Positions 27,450 to 38,571 of a stretch of DNA of 51,311 bases are shown here, piece after piece (positions within the stretch are counted from its first letter, which is position 1; each line of letters begins with the position of its first letter). Both the position numbers and the translations under genes were made by a program. The notes below the pieces were generated by a model that was not told the origin of the DNA, did no database searches, and was given only the letters and a program-made list of their open reading frames with translations. Source of the DNA: Clostridia bacterium (lineage in GTDB: Bacteria; Bacillota; Clostridia; Christensenellales; UBA1242). The stretch is taken from NCBI GenBank assembly GCA_017625505.1, contig JAGAKV010000059.1:1-51311 (forward strand), given 5' to 3'.

Positions 27450-29455
27450 ACGAATTTGTAAGACCAAGACCAGAGTTTCCTAAGCGTGCGGTTATCACAT
27501 CAGGTATGCCTTACGGGAACAAGCTTCTTCATTACGGACATGTTGGAATGACCCTGCGCGCCGATGTCTTTGCACGTTTTATGCGTGACCGCATTGGAAA
27601 TGATAATGTCATTTTTGTCTCTGGTACAGATTGTTATGGTTCACCTGCCATTGAGTCTTTTAGAAAGCTCAAAGAAAGCGGGTCTAACATCAAAGATTTG
27701 CCAAGCTATGTTGAAGGAAATCACCTTAAACAAAAAGACATTTTCAATCAATTTGAAATTGGTTTCAATTTTTATGGAGCTTCCGCAATAGGGCCTGCAA
27801 AACAGATCCACGAAGAAACAAGCCGCTGGATCGTCAAAAAACTGCAAGATGCAGGAATGCTTTCTGTGCACTCTTCCTGGCAATTTTATGATGAAAAGCA
27901 TAAATGCCTATTAAATGGCAGACAGGTCATTGGTAAATGCCCTATTGAAGGATGCCAAAGTGAAAAAGGCTATGCCGATGAATGCGACCTTGGACACTCC
28001 TATCTTCCACAAGATCTTATCGATCCAATCAGTCAGTTGAGTGGTGAAAAGCCAAAGCTTGTGAAAGTGTCAAATCTCTATTTTGACCTTGAAAAATGCA
28101 CTGCCCTTTTAAATGAATGGGTGGATTCAATTGATCGCAAAGGCGATACCCCTCCATTTATGGTAAAGGAAATCCGTGAATTTCTGAAAAAGCCTGAAAT
28201 ATACATCAAACGCGAATTCTTTGCCGAGTTTGACAAAATAAAATCATCCTTGCCTGCCTTTGAAGAGTCTGCACGAAATGAGAAATCCCCAAGTTTGACA
28301 ATTGTTTTTGACAAACTTACTGACAGAGAAGAGGCTTGTGAAATTTTGACAAGGCATGGCATTCGCTACAGAACAGGCAAAACACTCACCCCTTTCCGTC
28401 TGAGCGGCAATATCGATTGGGGTGTGCCTTGTCCAAACATAATGGGAGTTGAAAATCAAACCTTCTATGTTTGGCCTGAAAGCTTGTGGGCACCTATTTC
28501 TTTCACAAAGGCATATCTGAAAAGCATTGGTAAGGACGACAATGAGTGGGAAAAATATTGGTGCGACAAAGACGCAAAAGTATATCAATTCCTTGGCGAA
28601 GACAACCTTTACTTCTATGGGCCTGCTCAGCAAGCAATGTGGCTTTGCACGCAAGGAGCGTCCCCTGTTCTTAATTCCGATAATGGTCACCTTCAAGTGA
28701 CAAAAATCAATCCTATCAAATCAATATTATATATGAATAAGAAGGCCTCCTCATCGGGCGCTCTCAAACCACCTATGGCAGAAGAGTTTCTTAAGTTTTA
28801 CACTCCAGAGCAGTTTAGAATGCACTTCCTTGCAATGAACCTTACAAACAACAACGTTTCTCTTTGTCCAAAATATTTCAATCCAGATGCTGATGAAAAC
28901 GAGCAAGACGAAATGGTAAAAGAGGGAAATCTGCTTACAAATGTTTACAACAGAATTTTACGAACACTTTTCTATTCAACACAAAAAACATTTGACGGTG
29001 TGTTGCCAGTTGCTGAAATTGATGAGAATGTGCTAGCTGACTGCAAAAAAACAATTTTGGATGTTGAGAGATTTATGCACGACAAAAAATTCCACCAAGT
29101 TTTCAACGCCCTTGATGTGTTTATTCGAAATATCAATAAATATTGGGTTAAAGAAGTTGCAACGGCGGACAACGATGAAAAACTTGCACGCCTCACTGCA
29201 AACACTCTTCAAATGATTTTTGTTGCAAATACCCTTCTTCACCCTATCGCACCAAGCGGGACTGAAAACGTAGCCGACTATATTGGCTTTGACAAAACAA
29301 AATGTTTTGATTGGGAAAATATTTTCGCTAGCGCTTATGACGTACTGCTCCCTCAGCGAGAACGAAAGCTCACTTTCCTAAAAGAGAAAGAAGACTTTTT
29401 TAAACGCCATCAATATCAACTTGATGAAATGGCAAGAAAAAATGAGGAAAATTAA
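27446..29455 (+). CDS. metG: Methionine--tRNA ligase (divergent class I aaRS)
   Basis: GMPYGN..LHYGH, VSGTDCYG, zinc knuckle GKCP..C..DECDLGH, WGVP, YVWPES, FLGEDN, KASSS at the KMSKS position. Confidence 0.82.
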   Translation: MNEFVRPRPEFPKRAVITSGMPYGNKLLHYGHVGMTLRADVFARFMRDRIGNDNVIFVSGTDCYGSPAIESFRKLKESGSNIKDLPSYVEGNHLKQKDIFNQFEIGFNFYGASAIGPAKQIHEETSRWIVKKLQDAGMLSVHSSWQFYDEKHKCLLNGRQVIGKCPIEGCQSEKGYADECDLGHSYLPQDLIDPISQLSGEKPKLVKVSNLYFDLEKCTALLNEWVDSIDRKGDTPPFMVKEIREFLKKPEIYIKREFFAEFDKIKSSLPAFEESARNEKSPSLTIVFDKLTDREEACEILTRHGIRYRTGKTLTPFRLSGNIDWGVPCPNIMGVENQTFYVWPESLWAPISFTKAYLKSIGKDDNEWEKYWCDKDAKVYQFLGEDNLYFYGPAQQAMWLCTQGASPVLNSDNGHLQVTKINPIKSILYMNKKASSSGALKPPMAEEFLKFYTPEQFRMHFLAMNLTNNNVSLCPKYFNPDADENEQDEMVKEGNLLTNVYNRILRTLFYSTQKTFDGVLPVAEIDENVLADCKKTILDVERFMHDKKFHQVFNALDVFIRNINKYWVKEVATADNDEKLARLTANTLQMIFVANTLLHPIAPSGTENVADYIGFDKTKCFDWENIFASAYDVLLPQRERKLTFLKEKEDFFKRHQYQLDEMARKNEEN

Positions 29456-29555
29456 TTCATCCTCTCATTGATGATTTTTTACAAACAATAAGTGTTTCAA
29501 AAATGTTCTTGACGCAATCCACACATAAACTACTATGATGAGTAAGTATAATATT

Positions 29556-29587
29556 AAAAAGAGATAGATTACTTCTATCTCTTTTTT
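29556..29587 (+). terminator. Intrinsic terminator after the ychF-metG block
   Basis: AAAAAGAGATAGA-ttact-TCTATCTCTTTTTT. Confidence 0.8.
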
Positions 29588-29675
29588 ATTTCAACACACT
29601 CAATAAATGCATGATAGATATTTAACATCAAAAACAGGTTCAAATAAATTTTTTTTATTTTTTTTAGAAAAACTC

Positions 29676-29704
29676 TTGACAATAACAAAAATTAGTTTTA
29701 TATT
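29676..29704 (+). promoter_or_regulatory. SigA-type promoter of leader ORF / ABC transporter
   Basis: TTGACA-17 nt-TATATT. Confidence 0.75.
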
Positions 29705-29752
29705 AAACCTGTCGAAGAAAAATCAAAAATATAACAAAAGGAGGACAGAACA

Positions 29753-29830
29753 ATGATTAAAATTTCTACACAAATTAAAACTTTCAGTGGTCATATTTTG
29801 GGCTCTCTTTTTGCAAGGGTAATTTTATAG
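29753..29830 (+). CDS. Putative 25-aa leader peptide MIKISTQIKTFSGHILGSLFARVIL
   Basis: Near-perfect AAGGAGG SD 9 nt before the ATG; lies between promoter and terminator hairpin; below the ORF-track cutoff. Confidence 0.7.
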   Translation: MIKISTQIKTFSGHILGSLFARVIL

Positions 29831-29864
29831 GTGCATTCCTACTTAATTTTATCCATTTAAAAAG

Positions 29865-29894
29865 AATCTCCGTATGACTTGACGGAGATTTTTT
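29865..29894 (+). terminator. Attenuator-like terminator upstream of the ABC transporter
   Basis: AATCTCCGT-atgacttg-ACGGAGATT followed by TTTT, ~60 nt before the ABC start codon. Confidence 0.75.
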
Positions 29895-29954
29895 GTTTGT
29901 GTAAACAATTTTAAGCGAAACAACAAAAAAATAAAATTAATAAAAGGAGAAATC

Positions 29955-31784
29955 ATGAAAAAGGACAAAAGACAAAATAAAAAATTTGGCATTTGGCAAT
30001 ACTTTAAAGCACATAAACTTGCCTTGATATCCTATCTATTTTGCGACCTTATGGGCTCTGCCTTAGTTGTTGTGGGCAGTCTGTTAGTGGCAAATGCAAT
30101 CACTCTTGTCACTCAGCCAGTTCCAGACTACAAAACCGCATTAATATATTTTGCCATCTGCGCAGGCACCTATTTATTGCGAAATGTATGCTGGCACTTG
30201 TCAGGCATTATCTATCAAAAAACTTCAAAAAAGATTATGGAAGCAATAAATTATGACATTGCTAATCAGGCGTTCAAGCTAAGTTCTCGCGCTTACACCG
30301 ATCATAACACCGGCACATTTGTGTCTCGAATGGTGTCAGAGCCAGAAAACATTGTATCTCAGATTATTCGTCTTGTAGACAATATTACTGGCACGCTTAC
30401 CTCAATGTCGATCATTGTATACATACTGATTATGAATTTCTATATTGGCCTTATCATTATATTTGCGGTGGCAATTGCAGCAATCATTGAAACAAAAAGA
30501 ATCAAAGTCTACAGAAAAAATAAGAAAACGGTTAAAGATACATATGACAAGGTACAATCCATATCCACTGAAATTGTCCGTAGTGAAAAAGACATCAAAT
30601 CTCTTGGCCTCGAAGACAAATTAAGCGAAGTGGCTCAACAAAACTATATTGCTTACAATCAATCTGCGTATAAGCTTAGCATTGTCAATATGAATTATTA
30701 TAGATTCCGCAATATTCTGCTGCAATGTGCTGGCGTTGCAATGCTTGTACTTGGCACACTTTTAATGGAAAAAGCATTAATTGCTCCTGCTGTTTTTATG
30801 CTTGTATATCAAAATCGCGATGGGCTTTATGATGTTGTTTGGAGCATTGGAAATATGAGTGAATATATCACCAGCATTCGAGTATCGTCCGAGCGAATTT
30901 TTGAATTATTCAACGAAAAAGAATTTCCTGCAGAGCGTTTTGGCAATCAGTCAATAGAAAGAATTAAAGGTTCAATTGAATTTAAACGTGTTGATTTTTC
31001 TTTTGTCGAGTACGAAGAAAAACCAGAGATTTCAAAAATGACTCGCAAAGAAAGAAAAGAGTATAAAAGGAACCCTCCAGAGCGAAAAATCAAATCCATA
31101 AATCAAATTTTTAAAAAGCTTTCATTTAAAATCAAGCCAAACAGCACAGTTGCTTTTGTAGGAAAAAGCGGAAGCGGAAAATCTACCATTCTCAACCTCA
31201 TGGCAAAAATGTATGAAGTGGACGGCGGACAAGTTTTAATTGATGGTGTAAACATTAATGACCTTGACAAACCTACCCTGCGAAACAACATCTCACTTGT
31301 AAATCAATCACCTTACATTTTTGATATGTCAATAAAAGACAACTTACTTCTTGCCAAAAAGGATGCAACCGATGAAGAAATCCTGCTCAATCTGAAGAAA
31401 GCTTCTCTTGAAGAGTTTATTTCTTCACTTCCTGAAGGAATCAACACCAAGGTTGGAGAAAGCGGAATTAAGCTTTCAGGTGGACAACGTCAACGTCTTG
31501 CAATTGCAAGAGCACTTCTTAGAAACAGCCCTATTATCATCTTTGATGAAAGCACGTCTGCACTTGATAATTTTGCACAAGCAGACATCAAAAAAAGCAT
31601 TGACGCTTTGAAAGGACAGGGAACAATAGTTATTGTTGCGCATCGCCTTTCTACAATTCGAAATGCTGATAAAATCTTCTTCCTAGATGATGGAGAAATA
31701 ATTGACAGCGGAACTTTTGAAGAATTGTTTGAAAACAACACTAAATTTAGAAGTATGTTCTATGCAGAAAATATTGACAACTAA
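29955..31784 (+). CDS. ABC exporter, fused permease/ATPase (MdlB/MsbA-like)
   Basis: N-terminal TM domain; GKSGSGKST, LSGGQRQR, IIIFDESTSALD, AHRLST. Confidence 0.95.
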   Translation: MKKDKRQNKKFGIWQYFKAHKLALISYLFCDLMGSALVVVGSLLVANAITLVTQPVPDYKTALIYFAICAGTYLLRNVCWHLSGIIYQKTSKKIMEAINYDIANQAFKLSSRAYTDHNTGTFVSRMVSEPENIVSQIIRLVDNITGTLTSMSIIVYILIMNFYIGLIIIFAVAIAAIIETKRIKVYRKNKKTVKDTYDKVQSISTEIVRSEKDIKSLGLEDKLSEVAQQNYIAYNQSAYKLSIVNMNYYRFRNILLQCAGVAMLVLGTLLMEKALIAPAVFMLVYQNRDGLYDVVWSIGNMSEYITSIRVSSERIFELFNEKEFPAERFGNQSIERIKGSIEFKRVDFSFVEYEEKPEISKMTRKERKEYKRNPPERKIKSINQIFKKLSFKIKPNSTVAFVGKSGSGKSTILNLMAKMYEVDGGQVLIDGVNINDLDKPTLRNNISLVNQSPYIFDMSIKDNLLLAKKDATDEEILLNLKKASLEEFISSLPEGINTKVGESGIKLSGGQRQRLAIARALLRNSPIIIFDESTSALDNFAQADIKKSIDALKGQGTIVIVAHRLSTIRNADKIFFLDDGEIIDSGTFEELFENNTKFRSMFYAENIDN

Positions 31785-31789
31785 ATATC

Positions 31790-31819
31790 AAAAAGACTAG
31801 AAAATTTCTAGTCTTTTTT
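31790..31819. terminator. Bidirectional terminator
   Basis: AAAAAGACTAGAAA-a-TTTCTAGTCTTTTTT between convergent genes. Confidence 0.8.
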
Positions 31820-32471
31820 AATTAAATAAATCAATAACATCGAGTAAACTTTCAAGCGTCTTAAATGCAAAAGCTTTTGTTTTTTCTGTGGAAGGCTTTA
31901 AGTCAGGAATATGAATTGCAATCATCCCCGCTTTTGACGCGGCCTCAATCCCCACATCGGAATCTTCAAGTGCCATAGCATTCTCCGGTTTGACTCCAAG
32001 CACCTGACAGCTTTTAAGGTACACCTGGGGATGTGGCTTTGCTTTTGTAACCATGTCACCGCCTATTATACTTGAAAAATAACTTTCATCTATGCCACAA
32101 ACTTTCAATCTATGCTTAATGTCATCAATGGTTGAAGAGGATGCAATGGCAAGAGTCACTTGTTTTTCCTTTAAAAATTTAAGCAGTTCCTTCGCCCCCT
32201 TCTTTACCGGAAGCTCGCCTCTATTTTCAGCATCTTTCATCATTTTTTCAGCCGTCTCTCTCTTGCTTTTCAAATCAAAATTCTTGCCAAACTTTTTCTC
32301 TAGCTCGGCGTCATATAAATCACTGCGAAGCCCGGCAATTGAGATAAGAAATTCCTCTGACACAGCTTGTCCCTGCTGCTGGCAGGCCTTAATAAAACAA
32401 TTCATCCAAAGTCTTTCGCTGTCAAACATAAGGCCGTCCATATCAAATACAACTGCTTCAATATTTTTCAT
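31818..32471 (-). CDS. HAD-superfamily phosphatase (beta-PGM/CbbY-like)
   Basis: FDMDGLMFDSE, ASSS, KPHP, LEDS..G; start moved to ATG 32471 after GAGGAG. Confidence 0.92.
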   Translation of the reverse strand: MKNIEAVVFDMDGLMFDSERLWMNCFIKACQQQGQAVSEEFLISIAGLRSDLYDAELEKKFGKNFDLKSKRETAEKMMKDAENRGELPVKKGAKELLKFLKEKQVTLAIASSSTIDDIKHRLKVCGIDESYFSSIIGGDMVTKAKPHPQVYLKSCQVLGVKPENAMALEDSDVGIEAASKAGMIAIHIPDLKPSTEKTKAFAFKTLESLLDVIDLFN

Positions 32472-32577
32472 TTTTTTCTCCTCTATGATATACTTGCCCA
32501 TTATATCATAAAAACTACATAAAACCAAAGCTTTTGCGCTGAAATAATTGTTATACTGCATACTTTTAACATAAATA

Positions 32578-32831
32578 GCATTTAAAACGCACGGCAGGTT
32601 TTTGCTGGCAATCATACCCTCTTGATTGAACGGATCTCAAGCGCGTCCTGACAACGAACTTATATCGACGCATTAAAAAAAACGAGCCTTCACTCGCGGT
32701 CTTACTGGCTCTAGGGGATTGGATTTGAACCACTCCCAAAACGAGGTTATAACGAATGTTTTAACCCGAAGGCATAAAAAACCGTGCCTTCTGACACGGT
32801 CTTACTGGTTGCGGGGATTGGATTTGAACCA
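32578..32831 (-). repeat. Degenerate ~100-bp tandem repeat of tRNA-fMet 3' end plus trailer
   Basis: GGTCTTACTGG at 32698 and 32798; GGGGATTGGATTTGAACCA at 32714 and 32813; weaker third copy near 32605. Confidence 0.7.
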
Positions 32832-32882
32832 ACGACCTTCGGGTTATGAGCCCGACGAGCTTCCGAGCTGCTCTACCCCGCG
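32806..32882 (-). tRNA. Initiator tRNA-fMet(CAT)
   Basis: CGCGGGG...CCCCGCAACCA with C1:A72 mismatch, three G:C pairs in the anticodon stem, anticodon CAT. Confidence 0.96.
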
Positions 32883-32968
32883 ATATTTAGAGAAGACTTA
32901 CTCTTCTCTTATATGATATGCTAAAAAAATTATTTTGTCAATAGTTTTTGCCAAATTTTTTGTAAATT

Positions 32969-33634
32969 TTAGTAAAAATACATCGAACACGCAACAGCAG
33001 CGATACCTAAGATGTACAAAAGGTTGACAACATATTGCATTTTGCTTGTGTCCTTAACAAAGCTTCTGAAAAGTTGAGAAAGCATAAACAGCACGCCTGC
33101 ACCAGCCATAATAATACTTGTAATCATGTGACTTGAAGCCAAGTATGCGTATATGCCTTCGGCAATCATAAATCCAATTGCCACCCATATAACAAGCGTT
33201 GCAAGAACTTGATACCATTGTTTATACTTTTTCACTGCACAAACAACGCATCCAATTCCTAAGCCAATCAGCAGCCCACCCCCAAGCGCAAACACATTGA
33301 AGTATGAAAGCGAAAGAGCGCTAAGCCCAAAGCAGGCAATACCCAATGCTTTCAACACTCCAAAAACAATCATCTTTGGTTTTTCTTGTTCGATGGGTGA
33401 AGTAATCATTGACTCGCTGAGAAGCAAGAAGCCCATTCCAAAAAAGATTAAAAGAGGAAGTGCGTTTGTGAGAGAATTGAGGTTTGCACAAATCAACGCT
33501 AAGGCAAACGCAGTCAACACAGCGCCACCCCTTATCAGCAGCGCCTTATAGCCCTTTTGATTATGAAAAACTGTGTATAGCGCGCTCATTGCAATTGTAA
33601 GAACGCCAAAAATTATAAATACGATCATTTTCAT
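32969..33634 (-). CDS. Polytopic membrane protein (~8 TM; possibly YhhN-like)
   Basis: Hydrophobic throughout; start at ATG 33634; family guess weak. Confidence 0.7.
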   Translation of the reverse strand: MKMIVFIIFGVLTIAMSALYTVFHNQKGYKALLIRGGAVLTAFALALICANLNSLTNALPLLIFFGMGFLLLSESMITSPIEQEKPKMIVFGVLKALGIACFGLSALSLSYFNVFALGGGLLIGLGIGCVVCAVKKYKQWYQVLATLVIWVAIGFMIAEGIYAYLASSHMITSIIMAGAGVLFMLSQLFRSFVKDTSKMQYVVNLLYILGIAAVACSMYFY

Positions 33635-33711
33635 GTCTTTATTGTAACCTAAAATAAAAATAAAACAAAACAATTTTGATAATTTTTTTAATATTTGGCA
33701 AAAATTATTAT

Positions 33712-34269
33712 ATGAAGTTTCTTAAAAACATTTTACTATTTCTTTCTGCCTTTGTGCCAATGTTTGTTTTGATTCTTTTAAAACTGATTATTGACATAAT
33801 AAACAGCAATCTTACATTCAATGTGCTCAATACCCTCAACCTATGCACGCTTGTAATTTTGATTTTAACGGGCATTTGCGGGCTGTACTGGAGTACTCAC
33901 GAAAAAGAGGCAGGGAAAGAGATTTACATCCTCTCTGCGCAAAATATAACTGATAAACATTTTTTCGGCTATTTCTCACTTTTTGTGCTGTTTGCATTGC
34001 AGCTTGACCTGTCACTTATCAGCGGCTACTGCACTTTCGTGGTTATTATGTTTTTTATTGCAGTCGTCTATATCAAAAACGCCCTTTTTTACATCAATCC
34101 CCTTCTCAATATTTTAGGATATAACTTCTACGACGTGACATATCAGCTGCGTGAAGAAGGCAGCGAACATAATGCCAAAATTTTTTCTAAAGGAGTTTTG
34201 CTTCCAAAGAAAAAATATGTTGCAAACATCAAAAATCAAAACTTTACTTTTATTGATACAAAGAAATAA
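33712..34269 (+). CDS. 4-TM membrane protein resembling Kiwa KwaA
   Basis: LFLSAFVP start, two TM pairs and the YIKNALFYINPLLNILGYNFY motif; start at ATG 33712. Confidence 0.6.
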   Translation: MKFLKNILLFLSAFVPMFVLILLKLIIDIINSNLTFNVLNTLNLCTLVILILTGICGLYWSTHEKEAGKEIYILSAQNITDKHFFGYFSLFVLFALQLDLSLISGYCTFVVIMFFIAVVYIKNALFYINPLLNILGYNFYDVTYQLREEGSEHNAKIFSKGVLLPKKKYVANIKNQNFTFIDTKK

Positions 34270-34296
34270 AAAAGAGCCAACATTGGCTCTTTTTTT
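34268..34296. terminator. Bidirectional terminator
   Basis: AAAAAAGAGCCAA-ca-TTGGCTCTTTTTTT. Confidence 0.8.
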
Positions 34297-34308
34297 ACGT
34301 AATTACGT

Positions 34309-35715
34309 TTAAACCTTAAGCGTCAAATAGCCATACTTGCCAGTAGTCTCATCAAGCCCAGCATACGCATATGTTTTATCAGCCACTCCACCATTTTCTT
34401 CCCAGTTTGGAAGGGACGAGCATTGTGAGAACATTTGTAGTCCAGAAGACACCAAATTGGTGTTCCACCTTTGCCCCACATAAATATTTTCAAGTTGTGG
34501 ACAATAGCTAAACATTGACGTCATATTTGTCACTTGCGATGTATCAAAAGACGATATATCCAAAGATTGGAGCTTGTAACACGCAATAAACATACTGTTC
34601 ATTGTAGTTACTTTTGAAGTATCAAAATGTGATAAATCAAGTTCAACCAGATTCTGACATGAGTTAAACATATATGCCATACTTGTAACCTTGGAAGTGT
34701 TAAAGTTTGAAATATCCAACTCTGTTAAAGAATTACACCCTGAGAACATATATCCCATATTCGTTACATTTGTTGTGTCAAAATGCGATAAATCAAGTGA
34801 TTCTAGGGATTGGCAATTAAGAAACATATAATTCATATTTGTAACATTTGTTGTTGTAAAAGAGGATAAATCAAGCGACTTCAGTTTATTGCAACTATGA
34901 AACATACATGAAAAGCCTGATCCACCTATTTTATTAGAGGTATCAAAATTTGAAACGTCCAGCCTCTCTAGACTGTTACACTCGCGAAACATATAGTAAA
35001 AAGACGTAACATTTGATGTATTAAAATGAGAAAGGTCAAGTTCTTTAAGCACAGTACAGAAATAAAACATTTGAGCCATATTCTTTACATTTTTCGTATC
35101 GAACAGGGACAAATCTAGACTCGCGAGCTTTTTACAGCTGTAAAACATGTTGTGCATAGAAGTTGTCACTGAAGTGTCAATATTATTGAACTCGATTTTT
35201 GTCAGTGTTGATACTTTGGTTGTGCCATTCATCTCTCCATAAACGTACTCCGCACTAAAAAAATCTGCGCAGCCTTGTGGCATGGTGATTGTCTCGGTTG
35301 ACAGGACAAACATTGCGCCGATGTGTGATGATGTCTCGCGATTGTAATAGGTGTAGTAGTGAGCAAAAATGCTTTCATCTTGTGCTTTGCTTACGTCAAT
35401 TGTTGAAAGCACGTTTGTGCTTACAAGCACTCCATTGCCTTCAGTAAAATTGTATGTGTCTCGATCAGCGTCCTCATAGCTGTCAAAATAAATTTCAGAT
35501 ATGACAGGATTGCCGATTGACGTCGCCTCTTCGTTAAGCGCCAAGTATGCATTTTGAAAATTTGTTTTGCCAATCATTGGGGTTTTTGTATGATAAAAAA
35601 TGTTTGTATAGGTTTCAATTTGCGGCATTGAAACAGCAAAAACACCCATCGACATCGCAATGCAGACGAGAAATGAGTATAACACTACATAAATTGTCGT
35701 TTTTACCTTTTTCAT
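34309..35715 (-). CDS. BspA-family / DUF285 leucine-rich-repeat surface protein
   Basis: N-terminal signal/TM; about nine 26-aa repeats LxxLDLSxFDTSxVTxMxxMFxxC; ends GYLTLK. Confidence 0.92.
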   Translation of the reverse strand: MKKVKTTIYVVLYSFLVCIAMSMGVFAVSMPQIETYTNIFYHTKTPMIGKTNFQNAYLALNEEATSIGNPVISEIYFDSYEDADRDTYNFTEGNGVLVSTNVLSTIDVSKAQDESIFAHYYTYYNRETSSHIGAMFVLSTETITMPQGCADFFSAEYVYGEMNGTTKVSTLTKIEFNNIDTSVTTSMHNMFYSCKKLASLDLSLFDTKNVKNMAQMFYFCTVLKELDLSHFNTSNVTSFYYMFRECNSLERLDVSNFDTSNKIGGSGFSCMFHSCNKLKSLDLSSFTTTNVTNMNYMFLNCQSLESLDLSHFDTTNVTNMGYMFSGCNSLTELDISNFNTSKVTSMAYMFNSCQNLVELDLSHFDTSKVTTMNSMFIACYKLQSLDISSFDTSQVTNMTSMFSYCPQLENIYVGQRWNTNLVSSGLQMFSQCSSLPNWEENGGVADKTYAYAGLDETTGKYGYLTLKV

Positions 35716-35838
35716 ACCTTTATTTTACACTATTTTTTATAAAAAACAAATAAATTTGTAGTATTTTGTATAAATTTTATTTAAATACATTCTAAAACAA
35801 CACTCAAAGTCAAACTTTTTATGAAATATATAATAAAA

Positions 35839-35870
35839 AAAACAAATCAGTTGTCTAGCTGATTTGTTTT
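35839..35870 (-). terminator. Intrinsic terminator after the GtrA-family gene
   Basis: AAAACAAATCAG...CTGATTTGTTTT. Confidence 0.75.
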
Positions 35871-35888
35871 AATGCATACTATCTCAAA

Positions 35889-36371
35889 CTAACTTTCTGT
35901 CTTTTGCGTTTTTTCTTTGCGATCTGGCACGATTTTTGTGTTGAACACAATAAACTTTTGCCAGAAGAACTCCGTTACAAAATTTATCACCATCATAAGC
36001 GCTTCAACAAGAAGTGCATCCCACCCGCAATCTTTAAGTGCTTGTCCTCCAAATACTGACGCTGGAATAAATGCCGCATAGAATACAAGCACAAGCAGCA
36101 TTGCTATTGGCACATTATTAGACGCCTTGAAGGTAAATTTTCGGTTGAAAGTAAAATTCCAAATCACGGAAAGCGTCACGCTTATTAAGTGGCTTGGCCA
36201 AAAATCCCAAAAAAAGACTTCACTAAGAAGAGCAAAAACACCAAACTGGATTACACCTGCCGAAATTGAAAAGAGGGTAAACTTGATTGCCTGCCACCAA
36301 TTTGATTTGATAAATTTCTCTTTTGTGCTTTCAGTTTGCTGTTGTTGCTCAATCTTTTCTTTTTCTTCCAT
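35889..36371 (-). CDS. GtrA-family membrane protein
   Basis: QAIKF, WNFTFNRKFTFK, NFVTEFFWQKFIVF; four TM helices. Confidence 0.85.
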   Translation of the reverse strand: MEEKEKIEQQQQTESTKEKFIKSNWWQAIKFTLFSISAGVIQFGVFALLSEVFFWDFWPSHLISVTLSVIWNFTFNRKFTFKASNNVPIAMLLVLVFYAAFIPASVFGGQALKDCGWDALLVEALMMVINFVTEFFWQKFIVFNTKIVPDRKEKTQKTES

Positions 36372-36550
36372 GTGTATTTCCTTTATAACGATTATTATAT
36401 CACATTTTAACGCCGCTTGGCAAGTGATTTACATTATTTGCAATTAAAATGTTGCGCGGGCAAAATTAGGGGCATTTTGCGCCGTTTTTCTTTTGAAATC
36501 GCTTGCTTTTTTCTATATAATAATATATAATAAGTTTATATTATAAATAG

Positions 36551-38554
<2,004 letters not shown>

Positions 38555-38571
38555 AATAAAAGGAGAAAGCA

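Noticed and set aside
29508-29587. TTGACG...TACTAT promoter-like sequence and 10-codon ORF MMSKYNIKKR before a terminator
   Set aside because: No SD, weak spacing; the hairpin is adequately explained as the metG terminator.
32578-32831. CRISPR-like array
   Set aside because: Units are degenerate, tRNA-derived and ~100 bp; no cas genes.
32719-32916. 65-aa ORF
   Set aside because: Antisense to tRNA-fMet; spurious.
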